A stretch of 64,000 nt of DNA, taken from IMG/VR virus record IMGVR_UViG_3300014205_000180, positions 1-64,000 of that record; one strand, 5' to 3'. How positions within the stretch are numbered: the first letter of the stretch is position 1; the number at the start of each line of letters is the position of its first letter. The translations under genes and the position numbers were made by a program. The DNA is from a virus. Its lineage: Duplodnaviria > Caudoviricetes. The notes beneath the pieces were generated by a model that saw only the letters and a program-made list of their open reading frames with translations, made no database searches and was not told the DNA's origin. Positions 55,773 to 64,000 of the stretch are shown piece by piece.

Positions 55773-55975
55773 AACTATTAAGAGCATTTTTAGTTATAAT
55801 TATTGGGTTATTAATAATCCCAATATTATTTGCTATATCAATTATTTTAATGATTACTTTATTACTAGAAAAGATTTTTACAGGTACAGACTATTCAATT
55901 AGAATAGCTAGATATGTTGGCGATGATAGCACAGAATTGTTAAAAACAATTAGTGGTTCAGATCAGAACAGTTAA
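55769..55975 (+). CDS. small membrane protein
   Basis: Long hydrophobic N-terminal segment. Confidence 0.55.
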   Translation: MKLLRAFLVIIIGLLIIPILFAISIILMITLLLEKIFTGTDYSIRIARYVGDDSTELLKTISGSDQNS

Positions 55976-56254
55976 ACAATCTTTTAACTTATGTTTAATA
56001 GTCGTCAAGAAATTTTCTAGTTCTTTTGGATCAGTCGGTAATTCATCAACAGTCTCATTTAGAATTTGAAATTTATTTTCTTTAGATGGCACAACTAAGA
56101 CATGAAATTTGTTAAAGAATTTAGTTTTATTTGAATATTCAGACAACTGCTTCATTTTAGCAGTCATCTGAAAATCTTTTAATCCAGTACAGTCAACAAA
56201 CCATACTAATAATATTTTGCCGCTCATGTTGTTGCCCATTTTATTTTTAACCAA
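55958..56254 (-). CDS. hypothetical protein (start probably MSGK)
   Basis: ORF directly downstream of the dehydrogenase gene. Confidence 0.6.
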   Translation of the reverse strand: MVKNKMGNNMSGKILLVWFVDCTGLKDFQMTAKMKQLSEYSNKTKFFNKFHVLVVPSKENKFQILNETVDELPTDPKELENFLTTIKHKLKDCLTVLI

Positions 56255-57072
56255 TCTTTGTTTTTTCTGAAGTGTTCATTGTCTGACCATGCTCCTTCAA
56301 GGACATCTCTTTGAATACCAAGTTGTCTCATTGCATATAATAAAGCGTTAAGATCTTTCGGGAAACACTTGCCTCCCCATCCCCTATCGCCATCTGGGCC
56401 TGGACATTGAAGGTGTGTTGGGCCAACTCGCTCATCAGTAGCAAAAGCCTTAATAACATTATCCCAATCCATGCCTGTTCTTTCAACTAAATCATAAAAT
56501 TCATTAATTAATGAAACTTTAACAGCAAACCAAGTATTACACATATATTTAACCATCATTGCTTCATCAGCTGCAATTAAACTAAACTTAGCATTTGGCC
56601 ACAATCTAATAAAGAAATTATATAATTCTTTTGAATTTTCATCGGCAATTCCTCTGCCATCACCAATATTACCGCCAATTATAACCCACTTTGAATTTAT
56701 AAAATCATTAAGTGCGGTTCTTTCAGTTAAAAATTCTGGATTGGTTACTATCCTCAAATCTTTGAAATCAACGATTAGTCTTCTAACTACAGATGGAATA
56801 GTAGTAGATTTTATTACGCATAAACCTTTATATTTAATACTTGATAATTCACCAAATACACTTCTTAAACAGACATCATCCATTTTCCCATCACCGTTCA
56901 TTGGTGTTGGAACACAAATAAATGCCATATCACAATCTTTTAAAGCATCAATTTTTGTATCTTTAAAAAGATATGGATCATACTTAACAAATTCATGACC
57001 AGGATCAAGTTTTGTAATTCCATCTACAACAGCATTACCAACAAATCCGCAGCCAGCAACACCTATTTTCAT
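56224..57072 (-). CDS. ugd: UDP-glucose/GDP-mannose 6-dehydrogenase family protein
   Basis: GCGFVG, FICVPTP, IKST, NPEFL, KYMCN and GGKCFPKD motifs. Confidence 0.9.
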   Translation of the reverse strand: MKIGVAGCGFVGNAVVDGITKLDPGHEFVKYDPYLFKDTKIDALKDCDMAFICVPTPMNGDGKMDDVCLRSVFGELSSIKYKGLCVIKSTTIPSVVRRLIVDFKDLRIVTNPEFLTERTALNDFINSKWVIIGGNIGDGRGIADENSKELYNFFIRLWPNAKFSLIAADEAMMVKYMCNTWFAVKVSLINEFYDLVERTGMDWDNVIKAFATDERVGPTHLQCPGPDGDRGWGGKCFPKDLNALLYAMRQLGIQRDVLEGAWSDNEHFRKNKDWLKIKWATT

Positions 57073-57093
57073 GATAGTTCCTTGAAAATTTAA

Positions 57094-57333
57094 TTACTCA
57101 TTTAAGATAAAATAATAATCACTATTATCAAGTTTATTAATTGCTATCCACCTGCCATTTGGTGCATCAACTACAATAAATTCTTTTTTTAATTTAAATA
57201 ATCTTTCAATAGCATCTTTTGGAGAGTCAGCAGATATTGATTTTGCATCCTTGAACGATTGGCATTCTCCATGCCATATTTTATACTTTAATTGAAATGT
57301 ACTTGGCATATCATCAGAAAGTATCAAACTCAT
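57094..57333 (-). CDS. hypothetical protein
   Basis: 79-aa ORF. Confidence 0.55.
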   Translation of the reverse strand: MSLILSDDMPSTFQLKYKIWHGECQSFKDAKSISADSPKDAIERLFKLKKEFIVVDAPNGRWIAINKLDNSDYYFILNE

Positions 57334-57343
57334 AAATAAATAT

Positions 57344-57577
57344 TTACTTTCTTGGTGGTTTATACTTTAATTTGCTAATATCATTATTTTTGTGAAATGG
57401 ACGAAAATCACGACATGCTTTATTTAATGATAATAAAAGTTCATAATGAGCAATTCCTCCATTGGTATCAGACCTTAATTTTCTATAATCTGCTAATATT
57501 CTATAAGCTTCTTCTATAATCAAACGTCTTCTGCTTTTAAACAGATCCTTAAGATTCCTACCTAAATATTCTGTCAT
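57344..57577 (-). CDS. hypothetical protein
   Basis: 77-aa ORF. Confidence 0.55.
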   Translation of the reverse strand: MTEYLGRNLKDLFKSRRRLIIEEAYRILADYRKLRSDTNGGIAHYELLLSLNKACRDFRPFHKNNDISKLKYKPPRK

Positions 57578-58064
57578 ATTTTTCTACTTTACATCTATCA
57601 GAAAGCTTAATTTCAGCTAATTTTTTATAATCAGACTTAATTTTTTCAACATTAATTTTAGTTTTTAGTCCTGGGCTAACAGCAAGAAGGTCATCTACTA
57701 CCGTTGTAATCAACCACCTATCAATATGGTCAAAAAACATTTCGTAAATTTCACCGCCACCACATATATAAATATCTTCATCTTTATATGAATATGATTC
57801 AATTGCTTTCATACAAAAACGATTTCCTATATCAATAAATTCTAAATTATCTTTATTTTCTCCACCTTTCCTACTAATAACAACATTTTTTCTATTTGGT
57901 AACGGCTTTCCAATACTGCGATAAGTTCTACCGCCCATAATAACTATATTTCCAGTTGTCATAAATTTAAAAAACGCAAAATCTTCTTTATAATGCCATG
58001 GAATTTTATCATTTATTCCAATGATGCCATCTGAAGTACATGCTGCGATTCCAATTAATGACAT
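57558..58064 (-). CDS. folA: dihydrofolate reductase
   Basis: IG...IPWH...DFAFFK, MGGRTY, KPLPNRKN and ICGGGEIY motifs. Confidence 0.93.
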   Translation of the reverse strand: MSLIGIAACTSDGIIGINDKIPWHYKEDFAFFKFMTTGNIVIMGGRTYRSIGKPLPNRKNVVISRKGGENKDNLEFIDIGNRFCMKAIESYSYKDEDIYICGGGEIYEMFFDHIDRWLITTVVDDLLAVSPGLKTKINVEKIKSDYKKLAEIKLSDRCKVEKYDRIFR

Positions 58065-58237
58065 AATTTATCCTCAAAATTTTTTATTTTATCTTCAAGA
58101 CTTTTAATGTATTCATTGACTTTTTCAGCACATAATTCTGAGCATATAAAACTCATATTAATACGCTTCAATGTTATCATACCACTGCTTAATTCTTTTT
58201 CTTTTTCTTTATACAATTGACAATATTGGCATGACAT
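58055..58237 (-). CDS. small zinc-finger protein
   Basis: CQYC...CSELC motif, between thyA and folA. Confidence 0.55.
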   Translation of the reverse strand: MSCQYCQLYKEKEKELSSGMITLKRINMSFICSELCAEKVNEYIKSLEDKIKNFEDKLCH

Positions 58238-58239
58238 AT

Positions 58240-59166
58240 CTAAATAGCCATTTCAGCTTTAATAGCTGAATGAGATACATATCCAATTAATTCAATATCT
58301 TCAAATGTTAAAGCTTCAATATCTTTTAGTGACTTTATATCTTTTTTAATGTTCAATTCAGGAAATGGGAATGGTTTTCTAGACAATTGTTCTTTTGCTT
58401 GTTCCAAATGATTAAGATATAAATGAGTATCACCAGCAAAATATGTTAATGTTCCAGGTTTTAAATTCGTTATTTTAGCAATCAGGCAAGTTAATAAAGC
58501 ATAACTGCTAATATTAAATGGGCTTCCCAAAAAGAAATCATTACTACGCTGATACCATAAGCAATTTAAATATCCATCAGTTACATCAAACTGAAACATC
58601 AAATGGCATGGTGGCAGAGCCATTTTATCAATATCTTCAACATTCCATGCTGATACGATCATGCGACGATCATTCGGATTCTTTTTAATAGTCTCAACAA
58701 CATTTGATAATTGATCTATCCCTTGGTTATACTGACACTTTTTTAATCCGTTGTAATCAGCACCCCAATGACGCCACTGAAATCCATACCCTGGTCCAAT
58801 TTCACCTTCTGGATATAACAATTTCTTTTTATCTAAGAATTCTTTAGACGTGTTACCTTTCCAAATATTAACATTTTTAGCTTCCAAAAGCTTTGAATCA
58901 GTTTCACCACGAATAAACCACAAAAGCTCTTCTACTACACCTTTCCAGTACACTTTTTTAGTCGTTAAAATAGGAAACGACTTTCTAAGATCGAATTTTA
59001 AACTGGTCCCATATATAGAAATAGTACCAGTACCAGTACGATCACCTTTCTTAGTGCCTTCAGTCAATATTTTGTTTAATAAATTTAGATAACCATATTC
59101 TTCATGTTCAGCCTCTAAACGGCTGTTCTCTATTAATTTGATTTCTTTTTCGGTTAAGGTAAGCAT
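58240..59166 (-). CDS. thyA: thymidylate synthase
   Basis: DRTGTGT, EELLWF, YGFQWR, MALPPCH, QRSND and HLY motifs; ends MAI-TAG. Confidence 0.96.
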   Translation of the reverse strand: MLTLTEKEIKLIENSRLEAEHEEYGYLNLLNKILTEGTKKGDRTGTGTISIYGTSLKFDLRKSFPILTTKKVYWKGVVEELLWFIRGETDSKLLEAKNVNIWKGNTSKEFLDKKKLLYPEGEIGPGYGFQWRHWGADYNGLKKCQYNQGIDQLSNVVETIKKNPNDRRMIVSAWNVEDIDKMALPPCHLMFQFDVTDGYLNCLWYQRSNDFFLGSPFNISSYALLTCLIAKITNLKPGTLTYFAGDTHLYLNHLEQAKEQLSRKPFPFPELNIKKDIKSLKDIEALTFEDIELIGYVSHSAIKAEMAI

Positions 59167-59184
59167 TACCTTTAAATACGATCA

Positions 59185-61347
59185 TTATCTCTCGCAAGTC
59201 CCCCCTGCGCAAGCAACTACTTCTTTGTGGCTAGTATAATCTTCATTTTCTTCGAATAACTCCCAATCGACCGGGACATACTCTCCGACCAACTCGTTCC
59301 ATTTTTTAATATCTTCAGGAGATTCGACTACTTCAAATGGTGCTTGTCTATATATCTTATCACCAGATTTAGGAAGTAAGCTTATTCCAGAGAAGCAATT
59401 GCGATTTTCATAGATATATTTAGTAACTTCATCCCATTCATTCGTATCAACTAATACAGTATTAGATACATTATGTGTCAGACCAGGACTTGAATCTGGT
59501 CTAGCCGTGCCAGGAAGGACCCAATTTTCATAGGTCTTTTTGACATTATCAAGGAATTGAATAGCTGTTAAATCGCTCTTGAGAATTGCATTCTCAGGAA
59601 CATCTATGCAGAATGTTATAACTTTATCATCAGTACCCCAAACTGATTTCTCAACCATTTTAGGATTGTGCAATTCAAAATACTTAAGCGGCTGTTCGAC
59701 TGGATTTGCAACTATTCTACGGAAATAACGTCTAGAGTGGTGTGGGTGGATTCCAGAACCAGTTCCAAGGACCAATGATGTTGAGCCACTTGGTTTAGTA
59801 CACGTTACTCTTGCAGCAGGTTTAATCCCAATCTTTTCAGCATATTCCTTATTAACTGATATGGCATATTCAGCCATCTCTTTCTGATTATCTGCATTTA
59901 ATAAAATTTCTGGATTGTCCATCCATCCAGTTATCGAAACACCAAGCAAAGCTTCTCTCCTAACAATGTTTCTAGTCGTATCAGTTAAATAATTCAAATA
60001 AGTAAATCCAGCTTGTATGGTACCAATTATTGTAGCTGCTTTAACAGCAATTTTAAAATCATCTATGTTCTTGATTTTACCACCATTTATTTCGCAAAGA
60101 TTGCAGAATGCCCATCCAGTATTATCAGTTTTTGGATCTACAGGATTTAAACCTATTTCAACGCACGGATTATACCCGTGATCCAAATTATTAAGAAATA
60201 CAAATCCTGGCTCACCATAAGCCTTTGCACTATTAACTATCTTTTGGAAGTCTTCAAATTTGCATGAATCTCTTAGCAATGCGACAGAATTATTAGAACG
60301 CGCACGCCATGGATAAAGATTGAACCATCCTATATTGACATTTTCACCAGCTTTAGGATCTTCACCATTATCATTTTTTAGATTTATAGCCTCACCAAGA
60401 TCTGTAAGCCATGTACCATCTTTAGAATTATAAGACAATACATTGCCACGTTTCATCATAGTTTTAGCATGCATCATTTCTTCATCATCGATTGAAAATA
60501 AGCAAATTGTAGCTGATCTACGGATTCCGCCAGCAAGAACACAATCGGCTGCAATCATCGCTATATCATAAACATTTATTGGATTAAGCTGTTCTTGTTC
60601 TGCTTCAACAACATCATGTAAAAGTTTCTTAATATGTTTAATAGCTTTCATCAATGGCTTTGGCCCTGGTGCGCGGCCACCACTGGTCTTAAGCCATGAA
60701 CCTTTACGACGAATTCTTGAATAATCAAAGAATACTTCTTTACCAGAAAGTGGATTACCAGCAAAGTACGAATTCATTAAAACTTCAATTGCATCAGCCC
60801 AACCTTCAATAGTATCACCAACGACATAAGTTGTAATTTCTTTTTCAGAAGCATCAGCGTGTTTGACTAATTTAGGCAGTTTAGCAACATGCTGTTTTTG
60901 AACACTAAATCCAGTACCAACACCACTTAATAAAAGCCATAATGTTTCACTGAAAAAACGCTGACGATCAGCAAGAGTAAATGAACAGTTATAAATTCTA
61001 GCGTCATTAGCAATAATAGCATCACCACCAAATTGCAGAGATCTCATGCTTGGCAGAACACGTTTTTCTAGAACTTGTTCAAATGCCCAATCTATTTCTT
61101 TTTCTATTCCTTTTGTACCATATCTGAATTTGTGCATGTCGCGCACACGATAGATCATTTCCTTCCAAGTTTCTCTTCTCTTTTTCTTTGTATCAAATCT
61201 TGCATATCTAGTAGTTATCGTATAGTCTGATATCGCATCATTATGAGTTGAAGGAAGGGCAGTTTCTTCAGACATATTCACTATGTCCTGTGTTGCAACT
61301 GACATTATTTTATCTTTCTTGGCTGGCTTGATTTTTGATTTTATCAT
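59185..61347 (-). CDS. nrdJ: class II (adenosylcobalamin) ribonucleotide reductase
   Basis: PSMRSLQFGG, YNCSF, RRSA, NPCVEI, KPSGS and C-terminal CAGGTC; no tyrosine-pair motif or beta subunit seen. Confidence 0.88.
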   Translation of the reverse strand: MIKSKIKPAKKDKIMSVATQDIVNMSEETALPSTHNDAISDYTITTRYARFDTKKKRRETWKEMIYRVRDMHKFRYGTKGIEKEIDWAFEQVLEKRVLPSMRSLQFGGDAIIANDARIYNCSFTLADRQRFFSETLWLLLSGVGTGFSVQKQHVAKLPKLVKHADASEKEITTYVVGDTIEGWADAIEVLMNSYFAGNPLSGKEVFFDYSRIRRKGSWLKTSGGRAPGPKPLMKAIKHIKKLLHDVVEAEQEQLNPINVYDIAMIAADCVLAGGIRRSATICLFSIDDEEMMHAKTMMKRGNVLSYNSKDGTWLTDLGEAINLKNDNGEDPKAGENVNIGWFNLYPWRARSNNSVALLRDSCKFEDFQKIVNSAKAYGEPGFVFLNNLDHGYNPCVEIGLNPVDPKTDNTGWAFCNLCEINGGKIKNIDDFKIAVKAATIIGTIQAGFTYLNYLTDTTRNIVRREALLGVSITGWMDNPEILLNADNQKEMAEYAISVNKEYAEKIGIKPAARVTCTKPSGSTSLVLGTGSGIHPHHSRRYFRRIVANPVEQPLKYFELHNPKMVEKSVWGTDDKVITFCIDVPENAILKSDLTAIQFLDNVKKTYENWVLPGTARPDSSPGLTHNVSNTVLVDTNEWDEVTKYIYENRNCFSGISLLPKSGDKIYRQAPFEVVESPEDIKKWNELVGEYVPVDWELFEENEDYTSHKEVVACAGGTCER

Positions 61348-61520
61348 GATTAAAATCCGAGGTTCGATTTATCAAATACCCCGTAGATTTTATCATGATT
61401 CTTGACATTTTTTAAGTCTCGTCTGTCATTATTTTTTCCAAACTCACGATCTTTTGTGATTATTTCGCAATGCAAAATTGGAAAATTATTAAAAGTAAAT
61501 AACTTTATAAAATATAAAAT

Positions 61521-62489
61521 ATGACAAAAATAATTGATATAATCAACGAAAAGCTTGATTCAGAATTAATTGATATAATCAGCGAACAGCTTGATTCAGA
61601 ATTATTTTCTAAATCTTATAATAAGCCTCATATAGCTGGTTGGATAAAAAGAAATCATGAACTTGGCCATTATTCAAAAAACGATTATATTAAAATTGTC
61701 AAATGGGTGGAAGACAAAAATCCAAATTTGGAAAATTACGATTTTAGATCTGCATTAGCATTAGCTGATGCTTATGTAAAATCATTAAAGAAAAACAATT
61801 TTAGTGATTCTGCTGATATAAAATTCAACAATTTAATATTCAAATTCGACAATGGCAAAGAATGGCATTCATTTGGAAGTAAAGATTGTAATGGTATAAT
61901 TCATAAGTTAGCATATGATTGTTCAAGTGAATTGAGACAAGTATACAGTGGATCAAATGAAGCATATGTATTAATAGATGATCAAGAAAATGTTTTATGC
62001 ATAGCAATAAATGATGGGAAAGGATTATCAATAATCGGAAAATTAGGTAATGATCCGATAAATTGTCATAACGAAATACATTATTTATGCGTTAGAAAAG
62101 GAATGCCGTTAAATATAAATTCATTTAGTTATGATGAGTTAGTTGATGCAATTAAATCAAAAGTTATTAACGTTGATGACAACGTTAAAGATATAATGAA
62201 GAGATTAAAACCACAAGACGTAGTTGATTGTAAATTGCTTAGATATTGTCATTTCTGCAATTTGTCAAACATGTTATCTATATATTTAAAATGTGGACAA
62301 GACTGCATTGTAAAGTACATTATGGCATCATTAGTATATTATGGTCTAACTAAAAGTGCATTGTATGGAACAGTCAAACAAATAATAAATGATCGCAATT
62401 TAGGTAAAGATTTTGCTATTGACTCAAGTGATTCAAGACCATACCTAGATTTAATCGATAAATATCAAAGTGAAATTATAAAATTGTAA
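61521..62489 (+). CDS. hypothetical protein with N-terminal 12-aa duplication
   Basis: 322 aa; IDIINEKLDSEL/IDIISEQLDSEL (36-nt duplication). Confidence 0.7.
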   Translation: MTKIIDIINEKLDSELIDIISEQLDSELFSKSYNKPHIAGWIKRNHELGHYSKNDYIKIVKWVEDKNPNLENYDFRSALALADAYVKSLKKNNFSDSADIKFNNLIFKFDNGKEWHSFGSKDCNGIIHKLAYDCSSELRQVYSGSNEAYVLIDDQENVLCIAINDGKGLSIIGKLGNDPINCHNEIHYLCVRKGMPLNINSFSYDELVDAIKSKVINVDDNVKDIMKRLKPQDVVDCKLLRYCHFCNLSNMLSIYLKCGQDCIVKYIMASLVYYGLTKSALYGTVKQIINDRNLGKDFAIDSSDSRPYLDLIDKYQSEIIKL

Positions 62490-64000
62490 TTATCCAACAG
62501 TAAATGGCGGATCTCCTTGTATAACCATTAAACCAATTCCGCCAAATGATGAAGATGATGTGCTTAGTGAAATGCTAACTGTTGATTCAGAATAAGATGA
62601 TAATGATATACTAGGAGATGAACTTGAATTTGATTCAGATGATCCAGATGACCTAGATGACCTAGATGATCTAGAGTCAGATGATCTTGATGACCTTGAA
62701 GATCTAGATGTTGAAGATGAAGAGGTTGATGATAACGATGCTGATACAGATGATTGAGATTGAATAGATAATGATGATAATGATGATGGTGATGTAGACG
62801 AAGTAGAATTTGTTGATCTTGATGAATTAGATGTAGATGATGTAGATAATGATATGCTAACAGATGACAAATCAGATACTGATGTCGATGATTCTGATGA
62901 TTGAGATGACAATGAAATACTTATTGTTGAATCAGTTGAAACTGATGATTCAGAAATTGATGATTGCGAAGACAAAGAAGATAAAGAAGATAAAGATGAA
63001 TTAGACGATCTAAGTTCAGTAGATGACGAACTTGATGAACTTAAAGATCTACTTGAGAATGAACTGAATGATGATCCAGCTTCTGTTGAATCTGATGATT
63101 CTGATGATTCTGATGATCTAAGTTCTGTTGATTCTGAAGATAAAGTCGATAATGATTGAGACGATAATGTTGATTGAGACGATGATGATGATTCAGTCGA
63201 TGATGATGATTCAGTTGATTGTGATGATTCAGTTGATAATGATTTTGATGATGATGAAGAAGATGATGACGATTCAGTAGATTGCGATGATAATGTTGAT
63301 AATGATCTGGAAGAAGATGAAGATGATTGATCAGACGACAGCGATGATAATGATTCAGTAGATTGTGACGACTGCGTTGATAACGACCTTGAAGAAGATG
63401 ATGATTCAGAAGATAATGTTGATAATGATTGTGTTGATGGTGATGAATTAGTTGATTCAGAAGAAAGTGTTGATAATGACTGTGTTGATTCAGAGGATTG
63501 AGTTGACAACGACTGCGTAGATGGCGAAGAAACAGTTGATTCAGATGAAAATGTTGATAGTGATTGTGTTGACTCAGAAGAAGCGGTAGATTCAGAAGAC
63601 AATGTTGATAGTGATTGTGTAGATTGCGATGAATTAGTTGAATTAGTCGATTCAGAAGATAATGTTGATAATGACTGTGTGGACGGTGATGAAACAGTAG
63701 ACTCAGAGGATAGCGTTGATAATGACTGTGTTGATGGTGATGAATTAGTTGATTCAGAAGAAAGCGTTGATAATGACTGTGTTGATGGTGATGAATTAGT
63801 TGATTCAGAAGAAAGCGTTGATAATGACTGTGTTGATGGTGATGAATTAGTTGATTCAGAAGAAAGTGTTGATAATGACTGTGTGGACAGTGATGAATTA
63901 GTTGATTCAGAAGATAATGATTTTGTAGATTCAGAAGAGATAGTTGATTCAGAAGATAATGTTGATAATGATTCAGTAGATGGTGATGAATTAGTTGATT
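62490..64000 (-). CDS. very Ser-rich repeat protein, 5' end beyond the window
   Basis: The frame appears to stay open past the ORF-track start (63602) to the window edge; ends GGIGLMVIQGDPPFTVG. Confidence 0.75.
   Translation of the reverse strand, partial: STNSSPSTESLSTLSSESTISSESTKSLSSESTNSSLSTQSLSTLSSESTNSSPSTQSLSTLSSESTNSSPSTQSLSTLSSESTNSSPSTQSLSTLSSESTVSSPSTQSLSTLSSESTNSTNSSQSTQSLSTLSSESTASSESTQSLSTFSSESTVSSPSTQSLSTQSSESTQSLSTLSSESTNSSPSTQSLSTLSSESSSSSRSLSTQSSQSTESLSSLSSDQSSSSSSRSLSTLSSQSTESSSSSSSSSKSLSTESSQSTESSSSTESSSSSQSTLSSQSLSTLSSESTELRSSESSESSDSTEAGSSFSSFSSRSLSSSSSSSTELRSSNSSLSSLSSLSSQSSISESSVSTDSTISISLSSQSSESSTSVSDLSSVSISLSTSSTSNSSRSTNSTSSTSPSSLSSLSIQSQSSVSASLSSTSSSSTSRSSRSSRSSDSRSSRSSRSSGSSESNSSSSPSISLSSYSESTVSISLSTSSSSFGGIGLMVIQGDPPFTVG
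63718..63915 (-). repeat. 51-nt coding tandem repeat (TLSSESTNSSPSTQSLS)
   Basis: gataatgactgtgttgatggtgatgaattagttgattcagaagaaagcgtt repeated 3-4 times near-perfectly. Confidence 0.85.

Noticed and set aside
60331-60459. Intein or intron in nrdJ
   Set aside because: Only about 43 aa, in frame, with no Cys/Ser start, His-Asn end or endonuclease motifs.
63718-63915. CRISPR-like array
   Set aside because: Units are contiguous 51-nt in-frame repeats without unique spacers, inside a Ser-rich ORF.
1-64000. Genome-wide TAG reassignment (code 15-type recoding) suggested by the CUA tRNA
   Set aside because: Long conserved genes (nrdJ, ligA, PARP, thyA) are intact in code 11, and thyA and ligA end with TAG at their natural C-termini. 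Only the Pth2 gene showed an internal TAG. Regions outside the window cannot be judged.

Overview
A 64-kb, AT-rich, densely coding segment that looks like part of a large (jumbo-type) tailed phage genome with T4-like head-related motifs. No host housekeeping operons, rRNA, CRISPR array or integrase were seen. Recognisable content includes nucleotide metabolism genes (class II ribonucleotide reductase, thyA, folA, tmk, udk, HAD nucleotidase), NAD-dependent ligase, a WGR-PARP and a macrodomain, UDP-glucose dehydrogenase, radical SAM and DUF5131 proteins, an HNH nuclease, Ser-rich virion-type proteins and three tRNAs (Leu-CAA, Arg-TCT and an amber suppressor CTA). Two candidate undescribed systems stand out. 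(1) At 33.9-34.55 kb an amber-suppressor tRNA lies about 210 nt upstream of a Pth2-type peptidyl-tRNA hydrolase gene whose third codon is an in-frame TAG, while TAG is an ordinary stop elsewhere (thyA, ligA), suggesting a readthrough-gated translation-rescue switch. (2) At 0.4-15.7 kb about 11 paralogous small proteins share a [DN]YExL...ILx[DE]LD scaffold, and several have tails resembling different pieces of a T4 gp23-type major capsid protein. They cluster with a capsid-fragment chimera, a catalytically dead prohead protease homologue and a SLOG-Acb1-like phosphodiesterase fusion, suggesting a decoy and anti-immune-signalling island. All family calls come from motif recognition by eye, without database searches.
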